From: Podarcis cretensis
Taxonomy: Eukaryota
Length of the DNA: 64,000 bases
Direction: 5' to 3'
NCBI GenBank assembly: GCA_951804945.1
Contig: OX638165.1
Location: 41,106,001-41,170,000 of the forward strand
The notes under the pieces are model-generated. The model was not told the DNA's origin, searched no databases, and saw nothing but the letters and a program-made list of their open reading frames with translations. Below are positions 1 to 12,008 of this stretch, in pieces. Position 1 is the first letter of the stretch, and each line of letters starts with the position of its first letter. The translations under genes and the position numbers were made by a program.

Positions 1-543
1 ACCTGCTGGCCACAGTAGAATGGGCAACACTAACAACTTTTGAAATTAATATGTTTATGGATGCAATTGGGTCTTGCTTCTTGTTTCTACTTTGTGCTTA
101 CACAGCGCCTAATATTTATATAGCCCTTCACATCCATTATGTAAATGGGTTAGGGCCTAAGTAGTTACAGGATGGCTATCCCCAGTATCTGCAAACTCCC
201 TATATTAAAATGTGTGAACATGTAATATAGCACAGGTAGCCCACACACACATTATTTCACCTGAATATTCCATGCAACTTTATGTGATGGATTCTTTGAA
301 TTGTTTCCCTTGTGTTCTCCTTGTACTGTGGATTATTAACAAATATCTCTTACTAACAACTATCTTTCCTAAAGACAGCAAAAGTGATTGTGATAGTAAA
401 AGGCTATGGGTTTTCTTTATTACTTTATTTTTATTCATCTAATTCATCTTCATATTTCAAAAGAAATTGCAAAATAGTTTACAAATCTCAACAAAAATAA
501 ATTATTTGAAAATAAATTATTTGATTGTATTTACAGTACAATC

Positions 544-837
544 TGTTAAATTGTGGGCGAACATATCAGACGACACAGCGATTCTTCAAACAGCTCTTGT
601 TTATTCAAAGGCCAGAATAGAACTGAACTAAAGGGCTCAGTCAGCCTGCTTATATAGAGCTCCAGTACCTTGTTACTGTAACAACTTTCTAAAACTATCC
701 AATCACTGAATGTCACTTTTGATCCTTCATTTGCATACAAACTATCCAATCACTGAATGTCATTTTCGATCCTTCATTTGCATAACTATCTACAGTATCC
801 CCCTGCTGGCCCAGGGTGAGAACTTCAGTACATAACC
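544..837 (-). mobile_element. Solo LTR (294 bp, Gypsy/ERV-like)
   Basis: 5-bp TSD CAATC (539-543, 838-842); TGTTA...TAAC(C) ends; TATA and AATAAA on the minus strand; 47-bp tandem duplication. Confidence 0.8.
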
Positions 838-1262
838 CAATCATTCTTTGCCTTGCAGTTCCTAACTCTCTAACATGCACGCTAATAATCCTGGTGTAAT
901 TTTAAGAAGATTTGCGGGTGTTAAAATAGTCATAGAACCGTTACATTGTTACATTTTAACGAGACCAGAGAAATAAAGTTTCTCATAAGAGTTATACACA
1001 TATTTATCCAGAGGTTCTACAAGTCACAATTAGCGTTGTCTTTATTATGGAAAGTAGCAAATACTAAGAGCAAAAGGCTTTATTAGGAAGAAAAAATAAG
1101 AGAGTAATAATGAATGAAATGGGGTGGAGAAGAGCCTCACGCGGTTTAGACAGTGCTTGACCTCAGAGTTAAATGTTGCATTGCCTTATTTCTTGCTTGA
1201 ACGTTCCAGTCCTTTCAAGGTGCAGTTTACATCAGAGTAAAGATAGGAACACAGGTCTAAAC

Positions 1263-1608
1263 CTGTGGTCTAAACCACTGAGCCTAGGGCTTGCCGACTG
1301 GAAAGTTGGCAGTTCGAATCCCCGCAATGGGGTGAGCTCCCGTTGCTTGGTCCCTGCTCCTGCCAACCTAGCAGTTCGAAAGCACATCAAGTGCAAGTAG
1401 ATAAATAGGTACTGCTCCGGCGGGAAGGTAAAGGGCGTTTCCGTGCGCTGCTCTGGTTCGCCAGAAGCGGCCTAGTCATGCTGGCCACATGACCCGGGAA
1501 AACTGTCTGCGCACAAACGCTGGCTCCCTCGGCCTATAGAGTGAGATGAGCACACAACCCCAGAGTCGTTTGCGACTGGACCTAACGGTCAGTGGTCCCT
1601 TTACCTTT
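1263..1608 (+). mobile_element. Sauria SINE (slightly 5'-truncated)
   Basis: tRNA-like B box GTTCGAATCC, conserved body, TTTACCTTT tail; homologous to the 30852 and 45995 copies. Confidence 0.88.
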
Positions 1609-2994
1609 TTAAAGCCAGGCTGGTGCCCGGAGAGCTCAGAAGCCAGCCAAGAGGGTCCCCCAAATACGACCTCCCTGGGTGCAGGCCATGCCCAGGACTC
1701 CTGTTCTGCAGAGGGAGAGAGGGGAGAGCTAGGTGCACTCGACTCGCCAAGGGTTAAAAGGAACTGAGCTGGATCGGGGCACCGTTTGGGATACGGTTAG
1801 CGTCCTTTCTCTTCCCGCTTAGAGTGCATTAGGGAGACAGGGGAGTCCAGAAGTCCAACCTTTTTTCTGAAGGTGCTGTCAGATCCTTGGTCCATGGAGC
1901 CAGCATTTGTCTTCACTGACTGGCAACAGTAAGCCAGGACTTCGGGCTGGGGGTCTCTCCCACATGCCGGGGGCTGAGCTTGGGACCTTTTTTTCTTGGA
2001 CGCAAAGCATGTAGGAAAAATAGAACGGTTTTCATTTACAGTATTTGTTTCGTGAAACCCATACACCGCTATATTGGAGAGGGGAACCCCAAAAAGTGGT
2101 TTATGAAAGGATAAAACAGTAACATCACGACAAACAGAGAGAACTGCTTTCTGCAAACCTGGCTCCCCCCAGGCAGCCTTGACATGCCTCATTGTCTTTG
2201 GAGTTAAAGTCAAAGAGTTCAAGTTTCTCTTAGGGAGAAGCAGAAAAGGGGATTCTGGATACTGACCCCCCCCCCCGTGCTGCTTCTGTTGGAAAGGAGG
2301 CGTGGCTTAAAAAGTCTGGTTGTCCCACCCCTTCCCATTGTGCCCCGCCCCTTTCCCTGCAAGGGGTCAGGTGAGTGCAAAATGCCTTGGGGTGCAGCAA
2401 GCATTTTGGGGTGGGGGCTGGGGGAGGATGAAATGCCAGTGGGATGATGGAGGGAGAGATAGCAGGCAGGGAAGCTGCTGGGCAGAGAACCCCCACCCCA
2501 AATGAAGGGAGGTGGGTGGGTACCCATTTCGAGTATTCCTAATAACAATACAGAAATACAAATATTTCCTCCATTTCAGCTGAATTTCCTGCATTCCAGG
2601 GGGGTTGGACAACCTATTTCTTAATAGGTTTAATTGGGTTTGGTGCTTTTGTAACTGGATTTGTAATGCCTTTTAGTCAAATACAATAAATGATTGATTG
2701 ATTGGTGAAAAAGTGCTTTTTGGCTGCAGAACATGATTCGCTTCCTGTTGAGTGTATTCCATTTGTAAATTGAGTCCCTGCTGCTATGGGAAAGCACGTC
2801 TTGGTTTAAGAACGCTTCGGTTTAAGAACGGACTTCCGGAATGGATTAAGTTCGTAAACCAAGGTACCACTGTAAGGCATTATTTAATGGTACTAAGAGC
2901 CATTATAAAATTGGTGAATTAATTGAAAGGTAAAAAATTGCTTAGAAACAAAGAGTAGCTTCCTATTGAAAAGGTCAGTCTATTGATGCTTATA

Positions 2995-3246
2995 TAGTGG
3001 TATCTTGGTTTAAGAACAGCTTTGTTTATGAACAACTTGGATTAAGAATGCTGCCAACCTGGAAGTAGGTGTTTTGCTTTGTGAACTTTGCCTTGCATGC
3101 AGAATATGTTTCGCTTCCTGTTGAGAGTGTTCCTTTTGTAAATTGAGTCCCCTGCTGCTATGGGAAAGCACGTCTTGGTTTAAGAACGCTTTGGTTTAAG
3201 AACGGATTTCTGGAACGGATTAAGTTCGAAAACCAAGGTACAACTG
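2995..3246. mobile_element. Tigger-like MITE, family B (GGTTTAAGAAC repeats); partial second copy at about 2726-2872
   Basis: TA-flanked (T)AGTGGTATCTTGGTTT...AACCAAGGTACAACTG; near-identical right part at 2726-2872. Confidence 0.8.
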
Positions 3247-3401
3247 TATATTGAAATAAGTGTGTTGAATCAAAAGTCTTAACAAAACATCCTTAAACAA
3301 TGAAAAGGCAACAATCATTTCATTTCCAACACCCTTTATTTTACAGCACTGTAAATTGTAAAAAATAAATAATTGGTGTTTGCTATTTAGATTAATCCAT
3401 A

Positions 3402-3531
3402 TAGCTCATTGAGTAGAGCACGAGACCCTTAATCTCAGGGCCGTCCTTTGAGCCCCACGTAGAGCAAAAGATTCCTTCAGGGGCTGGACTTGAAGACCCT
3501 CGTGGTCCCGTCTAACTCTTCCATGATTCTG
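3402..3531 (+). mobile_element. tRNA-Lys(CTT)-headed SINE with CR1-type tail
   Basis: TAGCTCA..GTAGAGCACGAGACCCTTAATCTCAGGG head, then GTGGTCCC..TCTAACTCT..ATGATTCTG tail. Confidence 0.7.
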
Positions 3532-3774
3532 TAATCTAAGGGCATTGCTTTCAAGGGAAATCATTCTCTGCGCACTCAAACACAGTTCAAGCACATTCAA
3601 AGGTTTTAATAAAAAGTAATCTTTATTAAATAGTTTTCCAGTTGAAATACATTGTTTCCGAGAGATTTGCATAGGGAAATCTTTTTGATTCCTCAAGAAT
3701 AAGGGGCAGTGGGGTGAGGGAGGCCAGGGCCACATCCGCACCATTTCATGCGCTATGAAGCCGCTTTAAACACT

Positions 3775-4018
3775 CATGGCTTCTTCCCCCAAAGAATCTG
3801 GGAGCTATAGTTTGAAAAGGGTTTGTAGCTCTAGTTAAAGGTTAAGGGTTAGCGTTAGGGTTAGATTTAGGGTTAGCGTCAGGGGTACTGGTAGAGTTCC
3901 CTTTTTGCCAGGGAACTCTGGGAATTGTAGCTCTTGGAGGGGAACAGGGGGTCTCCTAACAACTCTCTGCACCCTTTTCATACTATAGCTCCCAGATTCT
4001 TTGGGGGAAGAAGCCATG
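3775..4018. mobile_element. Fold-back MITE (possibly PIF/Harbinger-like) with a 48-bp inverted repeat and degenerate GGGTTA array
   Basis: Arms 3775-3822 / 3971-4018 (1 mismatch); GTTAGG-like hexamers at about 3834-3883. Confidence 0.7.
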
Positions 4019-5399
4019 TGAAGCTTGGACTACTACCATGCGCTCTACGTGGGGCTACCATTGAAGGTGACTCGGACGTGGCAGGAAAGGATCTCTAATC
4101 ATTCAACTTTATTGGGCGTAAAAGCAATTTTGCAGGAAGAACCACAAGTCAATGGCAGAAACTCAGGGATCTATCCTGCTTATTCAGTCAGAGTTTAGAA
4201 AATTGAACTGGAGAGGAGAATGAAGAATCATAGAAGGAACCCAAGGGTCATCTAGTCCAACCCCAAATGCTGTGATCACACACACCAGGCCTTCCAAAGC
4301 TGAAGCTTATTATTCCTCTCACCAAATGGCCATTATTATTCTTATTCTTATTAGCCCATCTTCTGTAGATTTCAGGGATGAGGCTGATGGGAGTTGGAGT
4401 CCCAACAATCTCTGCTGGACACCAGGCTCCCCATCCCTGGCCTATAAGATAACCAGCATCATAACCCTAGTTAAGTATTTCCTACCATACCTTGTACTGG
4501 TTGTTGGGTCACAGCTTGTTCCAAGGCTCTGGGTTCTCTTTTTGTCCCAGCCAGGCAGAGCAACGTGACAAGAGGCAGACAGCAAGGAGTACATCTTTGG
4601 AAGAAGAAAAACATACAGCATAAAGCGTAATGCTCTGCCCAACTGTTGGCACATGGTTCCCACCAAATTTAACAATCATGGATGGCCTCCTCAGTGCCAC
4701 CAGAAGAGCACACTTCTTTTATAATGTGGGGTGTAAAAAAAGGCCACCGTACCCCAAGTATTTGTAAAAGCCCTTTAAAGCCAGTTAACACACAGTTACA
4801 TAAATGCAAGGGCAGCTTCTCACTGCCTTGCACCAGAGACCGCGGCAAGTTTGTGAGGCAGTTCTGGACAGAACTCGTTGCTGTCATCCCGATCCTACAC
4901 TTTCTCCATGACAGGTTCCTGACAGACTTTGTGCTTTCTGCTCAGACAGTTCATTGGCTTTACTCTCTTCCCAAATACCCTTTTAGCTAGGCTGTACCGC
5001 GCATTGCAATGCCTTGGATACAACTCGGCTGAGGAATGGCAATGCTTATATGGTTGGTTCTCTTACTCTAAAGCTAAGAAGCTGACGCTCATGTTTTACT
5101 GTGGTTTTATAATTTGTTTTATAACTATTATTATTATTATACTACCTCTGGAGCACAGATCTTCCTAACATGAGAAGCTGCTGAATTTCTGCCTGAGAGG
5201 ATATTAGCTCAGCACTAGGCCTTATTTAGGAAATCTCTGTGCTTTCTTGCATCAAAAACCCGCAGGGCAACTTGCTGCATAACAAGATGAGACAAGTTTC
5301 ATATTTCACATTCATGTGGGCGGACAGTACAACGAAACAATAAAATAAGGAGCAGCTCTTGTTTATTAAGCTACCCCCGATTCCTTAATTCTTTGGAAC

Positions 5400-6190
5400 A
5401 TTGAGGCAAGCTACAAACTCTCAACAAAGGCCTTTGCCGCCCCCGCCCCCAGGCCTGCACCTTCGCGCCCCCAGTTTGTTTGGAGCACCAGCGCGAGAGG
5501 CTGCAGCCTGGGAATTCCCTCTCCGCAAGGGAAAGGCAATGGCCGGCCCCACCAGGGAAGCCCAGGAACTCTGGGCTCGCTTTCGTTCGGCCCGCCTGGC
5601 TGGGCCCTTCTTTGCTCCTCCCTACCACAGAGACGAAACAGCTCCTCGCTCGGCATTTGGGCCCGCCATAGAGGTGCCGAGGGGCAGAGCGCCCGGACCA
5701 ATGGCGCTGTCTTATTGACCGGAACTTCCGCGGTGAGCGTGCGGTGGCCGCTCTAGGCTTTCCCCGCCCCTTCTCTCTCGGCGGCGCCCGGACCTGTGAG
5801 GAGAAGCCGGAAGCCGCGGGACTCGGGGCGCCTCGGGTCTCCGTCCCCCTCGCCTGCCTCCTCTCCATGGCCCCGGGCAGCGGGGGACCCGCCAGTCCCC
5901 GGAGCCGCCTCCGCAGCGGGACGGCAGCAGCAGCGGCGGCGACGGCGGAGCGGAGGCGGCGCCGAGGAGAGCGGTGACGCCGCCTCTGCCGCTCCCCCGG
6001 CGCCTCCTCAGGCCCGGCCCGGGCTCCCTCCGCCATGGGCTCCCTCTTCCGCAGCGAGACGATGTGCCTGGCGCAGCTCTTCCTCCAGGCGGGCTCGGCC
6101 TACGAGTGCCTCAGCGCCCTGGGAGAGCGCGGCCTCGCCCACTTCCGAGACGTGAGTTGAGGCCCCGAGAGGGAGGCGCGCGCCTGCGTT
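5400..6190 (+). promoter_or_regulatory. CpG-island promoter / 5' region of ATP6V0A2
   Basis: GC/CpG-rich block. CCAAT 5698-5702; ETS-like CCGGAACTTCCG 5719-5730 and CCGGAAG 5807-5813; GC box 5762-5770. Confidence 0.8.
6035..6151 (+). CDS. ATP6V0A2: ATP6V0A2 exon 1
   Basis: Kozak gccATGG; [39 protein letters not shown]; donor GTGAGT. Confidence 0.96.
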
Positions 6191-9100
6191 TGGTATAGAT
6201 AGGTAGCCGTGTTGCTCTGCCATAGTCAAAACAAAATAAAAAAATTCCTTCCAGTAGCACCTTAAAGACCAACTAAGTTAGTTCTTGGTATGAGCTTTCG
6301 TGTGCATGCACACTTCTTCAGATTTGGTAGTTCTTCTTCGTTTGGTGGTTCATGGAATTTATACGCTGCTTGATTGTCCGGGGGGGGGGCGTGCCGAGAA
6401 GGAACCCCTCAAAGCGGTTTACAAAAATACAGAACAATGAAATTATCACTTTTATTTTTTACAACCATTACTTTAAAACAGTGTTTCCCAAGCTTGGGTC
6501 TCCAGCTGTTTTTGGACTACAACTCCCATCATCCCTTGCTAGCAAGACCAATGGTCAGGGATGATGGGAATTGTAGTCCAACAGCAGCTGGCGACCCAAG
6601 GTTGGGAAACACTGCTTTAAAACATGCAGAAAGTTAAAGGCCTGCATAGAATCGAGACTAAAAGCCCCTACAGTCTTTCTAAGCACCTGGGCAGGTTTGT
6701 CTAAGTAACAGCTTCTTCTTCCATCAGGCCCGGAAAAGAATGCAGCTTGTCTGCCTGTTAACCAGAAAGTTAGTGGTTCAAGCCCACCTAGTGACAGCTG
6801 TGGATAGGATTTCTGCAGTTTAGGAGGGTGGACTAGATGACCATTGTGGTCCCTTCCAATTCTGTGATTCTGTGAAAGGTGCCTGCCTAATATCAATAGG
6901 CAGGGAGTTCCAGAGCATTGGTGCTGCCATGCTATAAACTGATGTTTCTTGAACCTGGGTCCCTAGCTGTTGTTGGACTACAACTTCCATTATCCCCGAC
7001 CACTGGTCCTGCTAGCTAGGGATGAAAGGACTTGGAGTCTAGCAACATCTGTGAACCGAAGTTTGAGCAAGGCTGAAGTTGTGGAGCAGTCTTAAAAAGA
7101 AATCAGGCAGCCCTGTGAATAAGTGGAGAGGAGGTGTGCTCCTTACAGTTGACGCTGGAGGCTCCAGCTCCTGTCAGCCTCAACCAGCATGGCCAAAGTC
7201 TGCAGATAGCGGTGAGTTGCCCAGAAATATTGGGAAAGCCACATACTGTAGAGATGGAGGGCAGGATTCAGCTCCCAGCTCAGTCTTCTTGTGGGCTGAT
7301 TGCCATCTCTCAGGCTTACTTACCTCACAGGATTGTAGGTTCTTTCTGCCTAAGTGTTGAAACTTATATTTGTCCCCGTTAAAATTCATTATTTAAATTT
7401 TGGTCCAGTTCTTCAATCTTGTTAAGGTCACCTTCTATCCCAATTCTGTCTTCAGCGGCATTGGCTACCCCTCCCACTTTGGTGTCATCTGCAAAGAATA
7501 ATAATATTAATAATTTATTATTTCTACACTGCCCATCTGGCTGGGTTTCCCCAGCCGCTCGGGGGGGGGGGGCTTCCAACAGAAAGTTAAAATTACAAAT
7601 TTGATCAGCATCCCCTCAATACCTTTATCCAAATTATTTATAAAGATGGCCAGGATCCATTGTATCGTCCAGCTAGTTCTGTATGTGTGAGCCCATTTTT
7701 TTTCATCTCGCAAGCCTTATAACCCATACAGTCTAGGAAAAAACTTTTAGTGCTCTTGTATAACCAGGTGCCTAACTGGGAATAGTGAATGATTTGCTGT
7801 TATGCATTGTATTAGGGGCCCCCGTTGTGGGTTTTGTTGTTTAATTGGGTCCTACTTTCCAACATTTGGGATGCTCCATACAACATTTCTTCCATGCTGG
7901 TAATAGGAATGGCCAGGGTTCAAAACATTTACTGATTAACAGAAGTCGTTTGAGAAGTTCATTATTTCCTTGTCTTTATTACATTTGCTTATTGGTTTTA
8001 TGACTCAGACATTCTAGGCCTACCTTTAGAAGCTGGTGAACAGAATATGGAATTATGGCTTGGCTCTTGAGCAAAGGTCTTTAAGATGTTAGTTCATAAT
8101 TTATTGTGTTGAAATAATCATTTGCTTGACCCTTTGTTTTACATCTGTCTTCCTGCAGTTTTATAGTAGATATGCAAAAACCACTTTCTCACTGAAGCAC
8201 TAATATCAGATTAACACTTGAACTAGTTTCAGTTTGAGGCTTAATATATATTTATTAATATATATTAAGCCTCAAACTAAAACTAGTTCAAGTGTTAATG
8301 TGGTTTTTGCATATCTGCTGTAAAACTGCAGGAAGACAGGTGTAAAACAAAGGGTCAAGCAAATCCTCATTTATGTGCATTGTTATTTGTTCATTCCTGT
8401 GACCTGCACAGTGCTAGGTACCTGGAGGTGGTAGCTGGAAATGGGGAGCACCTGGTCAACCAAGCCCCACTGCCCCTCCAGTTTGTGGGAGCTGGAGGTG
8501 TGGCGGAGCTGGCCCAGATGCTGCGCGTTGGTCAGCTGAGCCCCCGCTATCAGCCAGCTCCTGTGAGTGTCAGCTGTCCCCGCACGTGTCAGCTGGGCCA
8601 GCTCTGCTGCCTCTCTATCTTGCATGAGCTGGAGGGACCATGGGGCTTGTTTGAGGAGGACTCTCCAGAGTGCTCCCCATTATATGTGATTTTGTATATG
8701 TGCACAGGCCCAGAATGGAATGGGGACTCACCTGTAAATTAAAATTAAGTGCATTGATTTTACAATCTTGTTTGGAGGAGTCGATAATCTTCACTAGCCT
8801 CCTTTTAACCATAGTTTATCATACAATTTCCAGAGGGGTAGCTGCTGGCTTGCTGCACTTTATATTTATACCACCATAAACTTTGGTGTACCAGAGTCTG
8901 CATCCTCAGATGTTTTTTCATTAAAAAATTGTATCGTGATATGTAATAATTAAGCACCATAGATATTTTGTACTATTTAACACTTATAGCCCAAACTTCT
9001 ACACATGTTTACTAATACTGCAGAAAGCCAATTTTCAGACCTGGAAACTGAGCATCCATGTGGGTTTCCCTCATGTTAGGGTTCATTCACCTTTACTTGT

Positions 9101-11963
9101 AGAGAAAATTATTTAGCCCCTGGTTATGTTGATTGTCTTACACTTTTATGTAGTTCTATGTTAGAGAATTGTAAATTACTAGTGTAGTCGTGTAGATGAC
9201 TATTCATGTTGCAGCCTTCATAATTTTGTAAACAAAAGCTGAATTCAGAATTTAAATACTATAATACACCCCATACATAGATGTGTTTACTTACTGTAAT
9301 GGAGCCCTTTGGCCAGGATTTATACAATGCAAAATATTTTTGTGTGCTTAAGGAGGGTTTGGGTTTCTATTCCTTTAATTAACATACCCCAGACGATGGC
9401 ACACATAGGTTTTTGAGACTGAGAATTTCAAAAGCAATGCAAGGGATCTTCTGTTCACAGAAAAGTGGTATAAACTTGTAATGCAGTACTAATGCTTGGG
9501 TACCCTTCAATTTTTTAATGGAATTTCTTCTAAAAGAAGAAAAGTATTTTTAGCAGGATTAGGGGTGAGGGAGGGTTGATCTCAGAACCTGGATGTTTGA
9601 TTGTGAACATAAGAACAGCTCTGAGGGATCAGGCCAAATGCCTATGACTCCAGCATCCTGTTTCCATGTGAGCCAACTGCAGGCCCACAAGGAGGACATG
9701 GATGCCACCACTCTCTCTCCACTCATGATTCCCAGCCACTGGCATTCAGAAGCATCCTGTCTCCAGCAGTGGAGGGAGAACGGAGGTGAAAATAGAATGG
9801 CTGTTGGGTACCCAGTTTCAGCTGTTTTTGTAATACATGTCTCTAGAATTGATTTTTGCAAACCAGGGAATGGGAATCTGGTACCCTCCAAAGTTAGTTA
9901 TTGGTATGAGCTTTCATATGCATGCACACAAAAGCTCATACCAATAACTAACTTAGTTGGTCTCTAAGGTGCTACTGGAAGGAATTTTTTTTATTTTGTT
10001 TTGACTACGGCAGACCAACATGGCTACCTACCTGTAACTGGTACCCTCCAGACATTGATGGACTCCAATTCCCATCACCCCCTGGCAGCATAGCTAATGG
10101 TCCAGGATTGTAGGCGTTGTGCTTCAGCAGCATCTGGAGGGCCCCAGGTTCCCCACCCCTACTGTAAATATTGATGCAAAGGGCTTTTAAGTTGGATCTT
10201 GGGGCAAATAACATTTTTCTTTTTTCCAGCTCAATCCAAGCACCAGTGTCTTCCAACGGAAATATGTGGGTGAAGTAAAGAAGTGTGAAGAGATGGAAAG
10301 GATACTTGGTAAACTTGGGAACTGCAGGGTGGCTGACTGCTTCTTCATCATGCATTAAACACTGGGGGAGGGAGACATACCTGATTACCCCGGCAAAAGG
10401 CTGTTCCTCTGTAGGGAGGTCCATTTCAGGGTCACATTTCACATGTGTCATAGAATTATAGAACTGTAGACTTAGAAGGTGTTTCAAGGGTCACCTGGTC
10501 CAACCCCTTGCAATGCATGCAGGAATCTCCAACCTCTGCTTAAAAAACTCTAGTGAAGGAGAGTCTACCACCTTCCAAAGGAGTCGGCTCCATTATTGAA
10601 GAGTGCTTACCATCAGAAAATTCTTCCTTTCTTGCAACTTGGATCCATTGGTTTGGGTTCTACCCCCCAGAGCAAGAGAAAACAAGCTTGCTCCACCCTC
10701 CATTTGACAGCCCCTCATTTATTTGAAGATGGGTATTATATCTCCTCTTAGTCTCCTCTTCTCCAGGCGAAACTCCCTCCACCGATCCTTATAAGGCTTG
10801 GTTTCCAGACCCTTGCATCATCTTGGTCACCCTCCAGCACACGTTCCAGCTTGCCTCTATCCTTAAGCTGTGGTGCCCAGAACTGGACACAGCATTCCAG
10901 GTGGGGTCTGGCCAAGGCAGAATAGAGACGCACTAGTATTTCCCTTGATCTGGACACTATACTTCTGTTAATGCAGCCTAGAATAACAATAGCTATTTTG
11001 TGCTGCTTTTGGGGGGCTCATGTTTCACTGAGATAGGTGTGTATTCTGTAGTCTACCAATTTGAAACTGAGTTTACCTAGGCAAGAATAGTGGCTGAGGT
11101 CCAGGCCCAGTTTGTGTTACTTGAAGCCACCCTTGCTTCAGCTTTCATGCTTATTTCCCTTTCCAAAAATCGGAGCTGTTGGTTCATTCGATCATTCCCC
11201 GCTCCCCTTGGCCTTTCAGGGAAATGAGATAAGCCTATTAAGAAACAATGTGATTAGAAGCTATTTAAATCCTTAGCATTGCTGAAAGCATTGCTCTGTG
11301 TTCCTAATTGCATTCTCATGCTTTCAAACTGCTGGCTTAACACAGTTGTTAGTTTTACCAAGTGCTCAGATTTTGAAATTTGCTGTCAGGTGACTATGTG
11401 AGTGACCCACCTTCAGCAGCTTTGTCAAGTGTTAAATTGCTCCATACGTGTATTGCTTGGATTATGGCATTGCTCTTTACATGAGGTTGCTCTTAAGTTG
11501 GAAACATCAAGTGGTTCAAAATGCGGCTGCAGGGATGTTGATAGGAGTATGATGATCAGATAACTAACACCTGCCCTGTGCAACGTATTCTTGTAGCCAA
11601 TGGATTGTATCCAGATTAAATAAATTCCACGTCGTTCCTATTGAAATCAGTGGGACTTAATGGGACATGTCAATGAATTAAGTCCCATTGATTTCAGTGA
11701 GGCGTAAGTGCAACAAACAGTGTGGATCCAAATCAGTTTCTTTTTGGGCTCAAATTGTAGGGGTGAATCTGACCTTTAAAGCTCTAAAAAGACCTTGAAG
11801 GGATATTCAGCTATGCTCTCAGTTTAGACCCAGTGAAATTTAATGAACATGACTAAGTGTGAGGGAAACTTGGTTGAATCACCATCTGTAAAGCCGAAGA
11901 TCCAATTATCCAAAGTAGCATCCTCTAATCTAGTGCCCTCAGGTGTTTTGAACTACTGCAATC

Positions 11964-12008
<45 letters not shown>

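Noticed and set aside
1-540. 3' end of TCTN2, expected upstream by synteny
   Set aside because: No recognisable TCTN2 coding sequence; may be UTR or intergenic but cannot be supported
3402-3470. tRNA-Lys gene (also tRNA-like heads at about 6751 and 18008)
   Set aside because: Degenerate stems, and each head runs directly into a LINE-derived tail, so these are SINE heads, not tRNA genes
3834-3883. True interstitial telomere or fusion scar
   Set aside because: Short, highly degenerate and embedded within a fold-back element
5371-6229. Long ORFs on both strands over the ATP6V0A2 promoter (for example 221 aa at 5371-6036 minus)
   Set aside because: Low-complexity Arg/Ala/Pro/Gly translations expected from a stop-poor CpG island; the real exon is 6035-6151
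8380-8742. 120-aa ORF and E-box cluster (CAGCTG x3, CACGTG) as a hidden exon or CLEAR element
   Set aside because: No splice-compatible homology, and the CACGTG flanks do not match the CLEAR consensus GTCACGTGAC
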